From a virus, in IMG/VR virus record IMGVR_UViG_3300025897_000009: a stretch of 64,000 bases of DNA; one strand, written 5' to 3'. Under the pieces are notes generated by a model that saw only the letters and a list, made by a program, of their open reading frames with translations, was not told the DNA's origin and did no database searches. The position numbers were made by a program, and so were the translations under genes. Of the stretch, positions 36,331-46,331 are shown in pieces; the first letter of the stretch is position 1; every line of letters begins with the position of its first letter.

Positions 36331-37962
36331 TTAGACCACGAACCAAAGATGTCCTGTGGAAGTTCCTGTTGCGTCAGTTGGTGCACTACTTGTAATCTCA
36401 TAATCTAATGCTATACTTAAATCGTATGGGTCAGAAGAAGAACCTGGAGTTGTGTCAGTTAAGTTGACATCAATACCTGCTCCTTCTACATATTTTAAAT
36501 ATTTATTTCCATCAACAGTGACTTGTGTTCCGTCACCATCGATAGCATACCATTCGTATGTATTATTTAGTGTTAAAGTTCCAGCAGAGTCATCATAAGT
36601 TTTTGATATGTTAGTTCCTGCTGTAATCAAATTAGCAACTCTGTCATCTACTCTTTCATCAGTATAGAACTTGTTAGTGCCTTCAGAAAAATCATCAGTG
36701 TCTAGTGTTCTAGTTCCACCGAGTGAAACAGATGTACCATTAATAGTAATAGCAGAATTTGCTAATGCTGAGTTTGGTAGATTTGATACACTTAGATCAA
36801 TCGCACCATCACCTGCGTCATCATATGATGCAGTGATGTTTGTATGAGTACCATTAGTGACTAGTTGGGCACCAACGATATCTTGTATGCTTTCTGTATC
36901 TGTAGTTGCTGAGTTTGTGATTGTCAATGAACCAGCAGAATCATCATAAGATAAACTGATGCCTGTTCCTGCTGTGAGTAAAGTATCAACTCTATCATCT
37001 ACTCTTTCGTCAGTGTAGAACTTATTTGTTCCTTCTGCTAGATCGTCAGTATCTAAAACAACTGCACCTGTTAAAGTATTAACACTGGTGACAGGTGAAG
37101 AACTGGCAGAGAAACTAATCACACCTGTAGATGAATCATAAGATAAATCACCAGATGCTGATATTGCATTTCTTGCTAATGTATTACTAAAATATTGATT
37201 GGTAGATCCTTCTGAGAGATCGTCTGTATCTAAACCAGATAAACTTGTTGGTGCACCTGTAAGTGTACCTACAAAAGCAGTTGATGTAATGCTAGAAAAT
37301 CCTGTTCCTACTCCACCTGTAATGCTTGCTGTTCCATCGGTAAGAGTTGGTGCCTCTAAAGAATGACCTGTGTCAAGTGTTAGATCACCATCAACGAAAG
37401 TATTACCTTCTAATTGAATTCTATAACCTGATTCTAATGTAGTAGTCGGAGTAGATCCGTCTCCATTAATAATTACACCTGTAGAGTTATTGTTATAAAT
37501 TGCACCTAATGCTGTGAGTTCCCAATCATCTGCAGACCCACCTGTTGAATCTTGTACATTCAGATAAGAACCTGTAAATGTACATATACGAATAATGTCA
37601 CTAAGACTTGCTGATGAAGTTAAAGTGATAGATGTAAACAATCCACCTGATGCTCCACCAACTGAATAGTCAACACCATTTCTAAGAATAAGTCCATTCT
37701 TAAATACTTGTGTTCTGTTTTGTCTGAAAGATAATGTTTCGCCAACACTATCGGCACCTGTAAAAGTCGTTTGACCTGCTGTAGCAGTAAACTCAAACTC
37801 TTTGAAAAAGAACGACAAATCTTGTATACTATTTACAGCATCTACAATAGATGTCTGATTGATAGTTCTAAGACCTGCAGTATCCCCTACACTTGTCGCG
37901 AGTTCGTTATATCTACTTCTCCATGTTTCAAAAGTATCTTGTTGATTAACTGTCTTTGCCAT
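36331..37962 (-). CDS. Tail fibre-like structural protein
   Basis: DTFETWR N-terminus, FTATAGQTTF module, repeated DTDD.EG.NKFYTDERVDDRV; C-terminal APTDATGTSTGHLWFVV. Confidence 0.8.
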   Translation of the reverse strand: MAKTVNQQDTFETWRSRYNELATSVGDTAGLRTINQTSIVDAVNSIQDLSFFFKEFEFTATAGQTTFTGADSVGETLSFRQNRTQVFKNGLILRNGVDYSVGGASGGLFTSITLTSSASLSDIIRICTFTGSYLNVQDSTGGSADDWELTALGAIYNNNSTGVIINGDGSTPTTTLESGYRIQLEGNTFVDGDLTLDTGHSLEAPTLTDGTASITGGVGTGFSSITSTAFVGTLTGAPTSLSGLDTDDLSEGSTNQYFSNTLARNAISASGDLSYDSSTGVISFSASSSPVTSVNTLTGAVVLDTDDLAEGTNKFYTDERVDDRVDTLLTAGTGISLSYDDSAGSLTITNSATTDTESIQDIVGAQLVTNGTHTNITASYDDAGDGAIDLSVSNLPNSALANSAITINGTSVSLGGTRTLDTDDFSEGTNKFYTDERVDDRVANLITAGTNISKTYDDSAGTLTLNNTYEWYAIDGDGTQVTVDGNKYLKYVEGAGIDVNLTDTTPGSSSDPYDLSIALDYEITSSAPTDATGTSTGHLWFVV

Positions 37963-38164
37963 TTTCTAAAGTCCCAATAATTTGTTTAAGCATTCCTTTG
38001 ATAGATGATACCTCGTCTTTTAATATTTTTATTTCCAGTTGAGAAGTCACCCATACTTGTTTTCTTTTTTTGGCAGCACTGTATGCTTCCATGTCAGTGC
38101 TCACTATAGCACCTGACTGTTCATCTCTTAGTAGATTCTTATGTCCGTCTACTTTAATACCCAT
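37946..38164 (-). CDS. Conserved small protein
   Basis: KVDGHKNLLRD..SGAIV then coiled coil; typically follows the large structural gene in marine T4-likes. Confidence 0.65.
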   Translation of the reverse strand: MGIKVDGHKNLLRDEQSGAIVSTDMEAYSAAKKRKQVWVTSQLEIKILKDEVSSIKGMLKQIIGTLENGKDS

Positions 38165-38165
38165 C

Positions 38166-41100
38166 TTATGTTGCGAGTGCTATTGCTCTAAAGTTTTGCA
38201 TGATAGGTATCTCAGTTGTTTTTGTACCTTGTCCTACAACTTTAATTGCGAAAGCAGTAAACTCAGCAATGTTGCTTACAGTGTATTCATACTCTTTAAA
38301 GTTTCTAGAATCTGCCTCTACTGTAATATCTGGACTTCCATTTGTATTGAAGTATGTCCATCCTATTTCATCAAAAGGTAAAGACTCATCGTTTCTTAAA
38401 ACTTTATACATGAGTTTGACATCGTTAGAATTATTTCTAAAGATATCTGCCATTACTTTAATAGCAGTTGCAGGAGTTTTGAGGTTTACTCTCTTGGTGA
38501 GGTAAACCATAGCATTGTTATCTCCTTCAGGTTCAGTGCTATCAGAGAATGTGCTGTAAGATCCAACATCGGATGAAGTATCTACATTGTTAATTCTGTT
38601 ATGTATTGCCAAGCAACCAATTGTACTTAAATCTATCACTGGGGATAGGTTGTTATTAAATGATTGTAATGACAATTGTAATGTAAATGATTTCGCATTT
38701 GACATTTCGTTATTTTCATTTATACCAGAAGCGATCATTTGTCCATCAGCGAAGAAGACATTATCGTTTAAGGCAATATATGAAGATGTACTGTTTCTAG
38801 AGTACTGTGTACCATTAATCACACCCTCTGGTGATTTAGCAGGTGTTGTTCGTACATTACATAATAATGATGTATCTTTAAATGTTAGAGATGGTATCAT
38901 TGTGTGTAATGTATCAAAGTAATAATCTTGTGTTGCTTTTACTGCAGTTCCTCCACCTTTAGAAGTTTCAATCGCAGAACCAACTAAGTCGTATGCAGAA
39001 ACATCAGGTGTTACAGTGTATGAATCTATTTCTATATCAGTCAATGCTGTAAAGGTTGCATTCAATGCTGCGATAGGGAATCCACCCAAAGTATCACCTA
39101 CAGTATCAATCGCAAAGGTTGTGCTGTTTGTAGCAGAACCAAAGTTAGTCACTGTGAGTGTATCAGCAGCATCATACCCAGATCCAGGGTTTTTAATTTT
39201 CCAAGAACTAATAGCACTTGATGCGACAATCACTTTGACTGTTGCACCTGTTCCAGATCCAGAAGTCGTAGTTGCGATGTCATCATAAGTACCATCAGCA
39301 GGGAGTGACCCAGAACCAACTGCAGATGGGTTCGTGATGGTCAACACTGAGTTGGTTCTATCTCCTACGATACCTGTCAGAGTGACATTACCACTAGCAT
39401 CATACATGCCATGTGAATAATGATCAACTTTAATTTTGCTGTTGCCAGATATAAATGATATAGGAGCAGATCCTAATGTTGTTGTGTCTAGTGCATCGTT
39501 GTTAAATCTAACTGTACCACTTAAATCACTGTGGAAAGCACATTGTTTTAAATTGAACTTAAGATCTTCTAATTGCTCAGCAGACCATGTTGATGCGTTT
39601 TGTGATTTGAATAATACACCAGCATATGGTTGATCAGCAATCACTTCTTGTGTAATTAAATCTGTTCCACCCATCTCAGATACGAATGCTTCATAACTGT
39701 TAGAGTTAGAAAGTACAACCACACAATATTCTATTCCATCTTCTAAGTACACTGGAGATTCAAAACTAAAGGTTGTTGCTGTTGAACCATCAGCAGATGT
39801 ATTCACACTTGCTGGTTTCAATGATACTGATGAGAATGGTAATACTATTTGACCAGGATATCCATTAACCATGTTTCTGATTTCTACATTCACAGGTAAT
39901 GAATCATCTTTGGTTTTGAAGTATAGATCAACAGATGATACAAACATACCACCATCTGCTTCAACCATAAATGATTGAGCAAGTGGGTCTCTCCATCCAC
40001 CATCTAACTGTATCTGACCCATAAATTGGTTCATTCTGATAGGTAGTCTTCGAGCAACTATTGGTGCTGGTAATCTTCTTGGTGGTAAAACAGGTTCTAC
40101 TATCGCAGGCACCACAGGTGCTGGAGGTGTAGGTATTGGCAAAGGTGCACGCACAGGCACAGGAGGTGCTTGTACATCAAATTCAACTTGGTTAAGTTCT
40201 TCACCTCTACGAGTGATTGACCTTGATCCTGTTTGTCTTTCTTGTACCACTCTACCATTTCTAGTAGAAGTAATTGTTGTTTGGTTAGATTGTAATAATC
40301 CTCTAGCACTATATGATGCTTGCCCTTTAGAATCAGAATCTATAGACTGAGTTGAAGACGCAGTAACTAGTAGAGTTCTTTCTCCTGTAGGGAATCTTTG
40401 TGCTGAACTATTTGGTATGCTAAATGTAAAGGATATATCACCAGATCGGTCAGACTTAACACCTGCACCCAAAGACGCACTTCCTGTTTGTGAATAGGTA
40501 GAACTTCCTGGAGTACAGAAAGAGTCTACATCAATACCATCAAAGAATACGAAGTGGTTTGTGTTAGGTTTAAATCCATCACCTGTGACTGTAATATCAC
40601 GTGATCTAATAAATGGTATGATACTGATACCAACAGTTCTTGTGTTTCTATCTTCAGTAAATTCTTCTACAACAGAAGTTCTAATACCAGATCTTGTTTG
40701 TGTTTCTGGAGTTTCAGTAATTGTTCTTGTAGTTCTAGCACCTGGAACCCAACGACCACCTTGTCCTGGAGTTCCTTCCCATGAACCTGCACGATTTGTA
40801 ATCGTATCTGTTCCTGAATTATTGGGTTGACCAACCCATGTTGTCTGCCAGTTATTCCAAACTGTACCTAATGAATTGGCATTGCCTGCTAATACTGTGT
40901 CAAAGTTTCCTTCTCTATTGACTCTAATTGCAGGGAGTGTACTTGTATCATTCCATACATCACTTCCTGGAGATAGTCGTACAGTACCCACAAAGGCAAA
41001 CACATTATATGGGTTTACATTAATTGCTTTTGTTGCTTTGCTTTGATTAATAAAAGAAACTTGTGTAAATGGTAAAGTGATAAGATCACCTGTTCTTACA

Positions 41101-44100
41101 TAGTTTGCTGAGTTTGTAGTGTCTAAACCAATATCAAAGAAGTTAGAAACAGACATTGGTCTGAGACTACCCTCTTCCGCATCTATTGCTACTCTATAGT
41201 CAGGGTGGTTTACATCACCAACACCATGACCTCTAAAATTGTCTACTAAGAAACCAGACTTAAATCTATCAAATCCATCACCATCAATTATTTGCATTGA
41301 TTGAGTATCTTTTTCAAGTAAAGAAAGTGTTGTTACCCTTTCTAGATTCTTAACTCTATCAGCAAGTTTGCCGATATCCTTCATTGTATATCGTCTATGG
41401 TCTTGTGATTTGATCACGACATCATCGAGAGATTCTGTATAAGGTTTGAGTGAGAACTCAAATAATTCTATAGCATCATCGATGGGTGCTGGTTTAGTTG
41501 GAGATAAAGATGGTGTACCATGAACGACTTGGTATGAACCAGTCTTATGTAGATACAGTTTATCTATTCTACCAACATAGAAAGTTAAATCACCAACAAC
41601 ATTGGATCCTGGTACTAGCATATCAACGATAGATGCACCAGATGCTGTGACTCCTGTAGTGGATGATTCAAATGATTTGTTTTCGTAATAGTATGGAGCA
41701 CGAACAGCACCACTTGTAGAATTAGATAAGTCTACAGGTGAACTAGGATCAGGTGTTGAGGTACTAAATGTTGTTGTACCTAATATCTGCCCAAGAGATG
41801 GTCTGAAATCAACAGCATCCCTTAATTCATATTCTCCATCTGGTTCTAATGACTCAGGATCTACTCTGTTAGAAATATACTGAGGAATTTCATCATAGTC
41901 AATACCATTATAAGAATTGACATCATAGAAATCACCAGAACCTGATGATGTGAAATAATCAAACACCACCATCACAGGTGAAACAGGAGCAGGTGCTCCA
42001 GGTTTTCTAACGATTTTTGCTAAGTCATAGAAACCATCTCTTTGACCATCGTCAAAGAAGTAGTTGTTTGTAATAACTTTTGAACCTGCATCTAAGGAAC
42101 CCAATGTTCCTGCTGCTGTAGATGTTGAACCGATAATAGATTCTCCATCAGTAAATGCAGTTGTCGAAGTAAGGTAGTAATAAGAAGTGTTTCCTGTACC
42201 ACCATAGTTAATCATCACACCTCTTGCACCTGAAGTTTGACCTACGATGACTTCACCTTGATCAAATCCAGCAGAAGTAGTTTGTGTGACTGTGAAAGAA
42301 GGAGTGATAGCATCGGCACCATCTACACCCTCATAGACTGCTCTTAGTTTGAAAGCATCGGATACACCTAATGTGATTTCTTTGTCATCATATGCTGTAC
42401 CATAGAAACCACCAGCAGTTCTGGCACTTCCTACTTTCAATACTCTAGCAGATTTTAAGTTTTTGTCTCTATTTTGTGGGGAGTTGATATCAACAGTGTA
42501 GGTGACTTTTAAAATTGCACCATCATCTGCAGCATCAAAACCTGAGATCGTTAATGTTTGCTGTGATCCTGAAGTTGTAATAGCAGTTGTAATGTTGTTT
42601 GTGTTATCAGATACATCTATGATATCACCTGCGTTTAAGTTTCCACCACCAGCAGGTTCTACTACAGCAAGAATAAAGTTATCTGCTGTAATAGTATCAA
42701 AGGTTTCCCCTGTTTGAGTTTCGATTGCTATCTGTTGGGATGCTACTGTATCTACTATTTGCCTTCTAACTGATAATTGATCAGGTGTATGGTTAGATAC
42801 ATAGTCTCTTGCCCATGATGTGATAGCAACTGTTTGTTCTTGATTGTAAATCTTAGTTCTTCTTCGAGTGATATTACCTGTTTGTGTTGAACCTGCAGTT
42901 GAAGACAATGTAAGTGAAGTGTCACCTGCGATTGAAGAAACGATTCTTTCGTTTCCTGCTGAGTCAACTAAGATATCTCCCTCTTTGAGTTCTGTACTAA
43001 ATAATGATCCAAACCCTGTCACAGTTGTAGAACCACTCGTAAGTGATACTGTTCCTGTTAGGATAAAGTCATTATCTGTAACAACATCAGCAGTAAAGGT
43101 TTCTCTTGCCGAGTTATTCGGAACTTGAGAAACACCTCTTACTCTATCGATGTTATAATTTCTTGTTGCTGTATTTTGCCCTGCAGATATAGCACCAGAT
43201 CCAGTACCATAAGAAGTCACTGAATCTGCATCATCCCAATTACCTACAACATCATGTAAGTATAGATTGCTAGATGCATCATATGCTACAATACCTGATT
43301 TGGTATTGTCTGCGTTTCTTACTTGGTCACCAGCACTAAAAGTACCAGTCTTTCCTGAGTAAGTAATCTTTGTAAACATCTTGACATCGAAAAGATACAT
43401 CTGGAAATTATCCGTTTGATCGTAGATACCATAGTTGCCTACAGTTGAAGATGTGCCACTTAGATGATCAAAGTTTCTTACACGAGCATAACCAATATGT
43501 ATGCTAGAAGGTGCAGTTCCTGGAGTAGCAATCGCAGTATCCCACAACTTCACATAGTTGTATGGTGCTTGTGTATCATCACCTGACTCATTACCAAACT
43601 CAGGTTCACTATGTACATCTGTGACTTTGAGGTAATTTCCTATACGAACAGGAGTATTTGCAGCAGTTAAGGATTGAGTTGTTCTTGCTTTCTGTATTGA
43701 TACAGGAGTCGTTGCTGTTTTCTCTATCTCAAATCCTTTTACATATGCTTTTCCTGGGGAAACTTGTACGACAAATTTTGTACTGTCTCCACCATTCGCT
43801 TCAGAATAATATCCTCGATTTGTACCATCGTCTAGATGTTCTCTCAACGAGGTAGTGAATTGTTGTACCACATAATCACCAGACTCATCAAAGGTTCGTC
43901 TTGCCAATGTGTTTTCGATTTCACTGTAATTCGTATTGCTAACTTTGTTTTCGATTATACCATTGTTGACTCTTAACAATTCAATAAAGTTGACATCAGT
44001 GGTAGTTGTTAATCCTTTCTTAGCAAAATTAAAATCTATTTTAAGACGATCGGCACCTGGAGCATTTTCATTAGATGATCCTTGTGCATTGTCTAGGAGT

Positions 44101-44810
44101 GTAGAATCATTAGCACTTGAGACTAAGGATTCTGTGATATCTAAACCAATTCTATAAGATGGTCTTGGAGAATATTTCTCCAAGATAACTGTTTGTGCGT
44201 CCACCTTAACAAAGTATCCTCTTACATAGACGATACCTTCTGAGATTGCTGCTGCTGAACCTCTTCCTGTTGGAACCTTATCTTCAGATTCAACTTGGAA
44301 TTGATTATTGTTTGATGCTGAAGTAATAGAACCATCAGATCCTACTGTCACTTGGGACAATACTTCTAGAGCATCAAAGAATCGAGAGTTGTCAGTGTCA
44401 GTACCTGCTGCAAGGTATTTGACAAAAAGAGTCAGTGAATCGTCAGTTGTTTCTGCTGTAGAGTTAACAACTTTTGCGACGATTCCTGTAGTTCCACCTT
44501 GTAAATACTTATCGTGGAAACTTGCTCTATAACTTTCGACGTCTGCAGTACCCAGTGATTCTGGGTTAGTGTTTTTGACTTTTACATAATGGTACTCGAA
44601 GTCTGCATCCGATTGTGCTCCAAGAACAATAGACCCTTCCTCAAATACATGATCACTAAATCTTTCGATTTGGTTCTGTAATATGGACTGTGCCTGTGTA
44701 AGTTCTCTTGCTTGTATCGGTCTACCTGCTCTGAATAATACACGATGAAACTTTTTACTTTCGTTAAAGTCATCGTAATATGGCGATACATTTAGATCAG
44801 TCTTCTCCAT
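38166..44810 (-). CDS. Very large virion structural protein (2214 aa; DUF4815/VrlC-like)
   Basis: DLNVSPYYDDF, QARELTQAQSILQNQ, APGADRLK, RRYTMKDIG, DPLAQSF, LFKSQNASTW. Confidence 0.85.
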   Translation of the reverse strand: MEKTDLNVSPYYDDFNESKKFHRVLFRAGRPIQARELTQAQSILQNQIERFSDHVFEEGSIVLGAQSDADFEYHYVKVKNTNPESLGTADVESYRASFHDKYLQGGTTGIVAKVVNSTAETTDDSLTLFVKYLAAGTDTDNSRFFDALEVLSQVTVGSDGSITSASNNNQFQVESEDKVPTGRGSAAAISEGIVYVRGYFVKVDAQTVILEKYSPRPSYRIGLDITESLVSSANDSTLLDNAQGSSNENAPGADRLKIDFNFAKKGLTTTTDVNFIELLRVNNGIIENKVSNTNYSEIENTLARRTFDESGDYVVQQFTTSLREHLDDGTNRGYYSEANGGDSTKFVVQVSPGKAYVKGFEIEKTATTPVSIQKARTTQSLTAANTPVRIGNYLKVTDVHSEPEFGNESGDDTQAPYNYVKLWDTAIATPGTAPSSIHIGYARVRNFDHLSGTSSTVGNYGIYDQTDNFQMYLFDVKMFTKITYSGKTGTFSAGDQVRNADNTKSGIVAYDASSNLYLHDVVGNWDDADSVTSYGTGSGAISAGQNTATRNYNIDRVRGVSQVPNNSARETFTADVVTDNDFILTGTVSLTSGSTTVTGFGSLFSTELKEGDILVDSAGNERIVSSIAGDTSLTLSSTAGSTQTGNITRRRTKIYNQEQTVAITSWARDYVSNHTPDQLSVRRQIVDTVASQQIAIETQTGETFDTITADNFILAVVEPAGGGNLNAGDIIDVSDNTNNITTAITTSGSQQTLTISGFDAADDGAILKVTYTVDINSPQNRDKNLKSARVLKVGSARTAGGFYGTAYDDKEITLGVSDAFKLRAVYEGVDGADAITPSFTVTQTTSAGFDQGEVIVGQTSGARGVMINYGGTGNTSYYYLTSTTAFTDGESIIGSTSTAAGTLGSLDAGSKVITNNYFFDDGQRDGFYDLAKIVRKPGAPAPVSPVMVVFDYFTSSGSGDFYDVNSYNGIDYDEIPQYISNRVDPESLEPDGEYELRDAVDFRPSLGQILGTTTFSTSTPDPSSPVDLSNSTSGAVRAPYYYENKSFESSTTGVTASGASIVDMLVPGSNVVGDLTFYVGRIDKLYLHKTGSYQVVHGTPSLSPTKPAPIDDAIELFEFSLKPYTESLDDVVIKSQDHRRYTMKDIGKLADRVKNLERVTTLSLLEKDTQSMQIIDGDGFDRFKSGFLVDNFRGHGVGDVNHPDYRVAIDAEEGSLRPMSVSNFFDIGLDTTNSANYVRTGDLITLPFTQVSFINQSKATKAINVNPYNVFAFVGTVRLSPGSDVWNDTSTLPAIRVNREGNFDTVLAGNANSLGTVWNNWQTTWVGQPNNSGTDTITNRAGSWEGTPGQGGRWVPGARTTRTITETPETQTRSGIRTSVVEEFTEDRNTRTVGISIIPFIRSRDITVTGDGFKPNTNHFVFFDGIDVDSFCTPGSSTYSQTGSASLGAGVKSDRSGDISFTFSIPNSSAQRFPTGERTLLVTASSTQSIDSDSKGQASYSARGLLQSNQTTITSTRNGRVVQERQTGSRSITRRGEELNQVEFDVQAPPVPVRAPLPIPTPPAPVVPAIVEPVLPPRRLPAPIVARRLPIRMNQFMGQIQLDGGWRDPLAQSFMVEADGGMFVSSVDLYFKTKDDSLPVNVEIRNMVNGYPGQIVLPFSSVSLKPASVNTSADGSTATTFSFESPVYLEDGIEYCVVVLSNSNSYEAFVSEMGGTDLITQEVIADQPYAGVLFKSQNASTWSAEQLEDLKFNLKQCAFHSDLSGTVRFNNDALDTTTLGSAPISFISGNSKIKVDHYSHGMYDASGNVTLTGIVGDRTNSVLTITNPSAVGSGSLPADGTYDDIATTTSGSGTGATVKVIVASSAISSWKIKNPGSGYDAADTLTVTNFGSATNSTTFAIDTVGDTLGGFPIAALNATFTALTDIEIDSYTVTPDVSAYDLVGSAIETSKGGGTAVKATQDYYFDTLHTMIPSLTFKDTSLLCNVRTTPAKSPEGVINGTQYSRNSTSSYIALNDNVFFADGQMIASGINENNEMSNAKSFTLQLSLQSFNNNLSPVIDLSTIGCLAIHNRINNVDTSSDVGSYSTFSDSTEPEGDNNAMVYLTKRVNLKTPATAIKVMADIFRNNSNDVKLMYKVLRNDESLPFDEIGWTYFNTNGSPDITVEADSRNFKEYEYTVSNIAEFTAFAIKVVGQGTKTTEIPIMQNFRAIALAT

Positions 44811-44823
44811 TATGCTTCCTCAA

Positions 44824-46293
44824 TTACATCTCTATGATTAGTTTAATATCTTCGATTTGGTCTGCTGCTCTTGATACAGCACCTCTATTTTCAATGTAAG
44901 TTACTTGACCAGAGTATCTTTCTACTTCAGGATATCCTGCAGTAATAGAGGAAACAGTTCCTACTGAAGCACCAGATACATAAACTGTATCGGAACCTGC
45001 GAAGTCTTCTACTGTACCATCACTGTTTTGAACAGGGATGTATGAAACTTCTCTTGTAGAACTATTATAAGAAACGACTCGCCCAACTGCTACACCGACT
45101 CCATCAGAACTTGCGTCCATAATGATATCATCTACACTGGCTGATCCACCAGATGCGAATATAAATTTATTCGATGCTGATAGTGTGCTTGCTGTAGCAA
45201 CTGTAGTAGTACCATCATTAAATGGGTCAACTACTAATCCGATTCTTCGGAAATCGTTATCTGTAGGGAAATCACCAGACCCTTCTGCATACTCTAAACG
45301 AGCATTTAGAATGACATAGTTTCCACCCAACTCAGAAACAGGATCTGATCCATGTCCATAAATTGGTGAGATAACAGGTGTTATTGTTAATGTACCAGAG
45401 TTAGTCCCTGCACCTGAAATGTCAGCAAGGTTTAACTGAGCATTTCTATATCCTGTACCATTTGTTGTCATGGTGATGTGAGTAATCACTCCACCTGCGA
45501 TGGTCACAGTACATTCTGCATCAGTACCAGAACCATTGTCACCTTTAATTGGGACACTGGTGTAAGTACCATTGTTCATTCCTGCTCCACCTGAGTCAAC
45601 TGCTACATGAAGAATTGCTCCATCAACTGCGTCGTTCTCAACATCCCATTGTGCAGAACTATCGTCTGCTGCTGCTGAACCTATAGCAGCACTGTCACCG
45701 ATCACTTCGGTTTGTGCTCCAATAGTTTTAACTGGGATAAAGTCATTTGTTACGAATTTAATTACATCTGATGCACTAATGCTGTACATGTATTTCCAGA
45801 GATATCCTCTACCTGCTGCAGCACTTGAATCTGAAGTAGCAACCAAAGTAGAACTTGAAGTTCCTGTTGGTTTTACATCAGATGCTATAGCATTACCAGA
45901 AGAATCTCTTCCAGTTCTAATACATTTGTAAACATTGTAATCTTCAGTAATTACATAAAATTTTGAATCATAAAGATTCGATGCCCCTGTGGGCGAAGTG
46001 TTTGATGAGGAATAGTCATGACGATATTCGTCATAAGTTGTTCCACTTGTCCAGTCTCTTCTGACTATACCATGTGACACATCGGATGAGGTGATTTTCT
46101 TCAAAGCAACCATGTCGTCATATGCGTCGATTTCATTGGAATTATTATCCACTGGTGTTACGACAGTATCGTCAGTTCCCCATAACCATGGGCGACCGAT
46201 AAACATGTATGTGCTAGAAGCAGATTCACCAAAGTCTTCCTTGAATTGTCGGGCATTATTCAGACGAAACTTTTCTGTGATAATTGCAGCCAT
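44824..46293 (-). CDS. gp8: Baseplate wedge subunit
   Basis: MAAIITEKFR, RRDWTSG, YNVYKC, GYLWKYMY, QIEDIKLIIE; late promoter at 46323-46330. Confidence 0.9.
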   Translation of the reverse strand: MAAIITEKFRLNNARQFKEDFGESASSTYMFIGRPWLWGTDDTVVTPVDNNSNEIDAYDDMVALKKITSSDVSHGIVRRDWTSGTTYDEYRHDYSSSNTSPTGASNLYDSKFYVITEDYNVYKCIRTGRDSSGNAIASDVKPTGTSSSTLVATSDSSAAAGRGYLWKYMYSISASDVIKFVTNDFIPVKTIGAQTEVIGDSAAIGSAAADDSSAQWDVENDAVDGAILHVAVDSGGAGMNNGTYTSVPIKGDNGSGTDAECTVTIAGGVITHITMTTNGTGYRNAQLNLADISGAGTNSGTLTITPVISPIYGHGSDPVSELGGNYVILNARLEYAEGSGDFPTDNDFRRIGLVVDPFNDGTTTVATASTLSASNKFIFASGGSASVDDIIMDASSDGVGVAVGRVVSYNSSTREVSYIPVQNSDGTVEDFAGSDTVYVSGASVGTVSSITAGYPEVERYSGQVTYIENRGAVSRAADQIEDIKLIIEM

Positions 46294-46331
46294 TCTTTGC
46301 TCCTAATATTTAATTGTTATACTATTTATAC

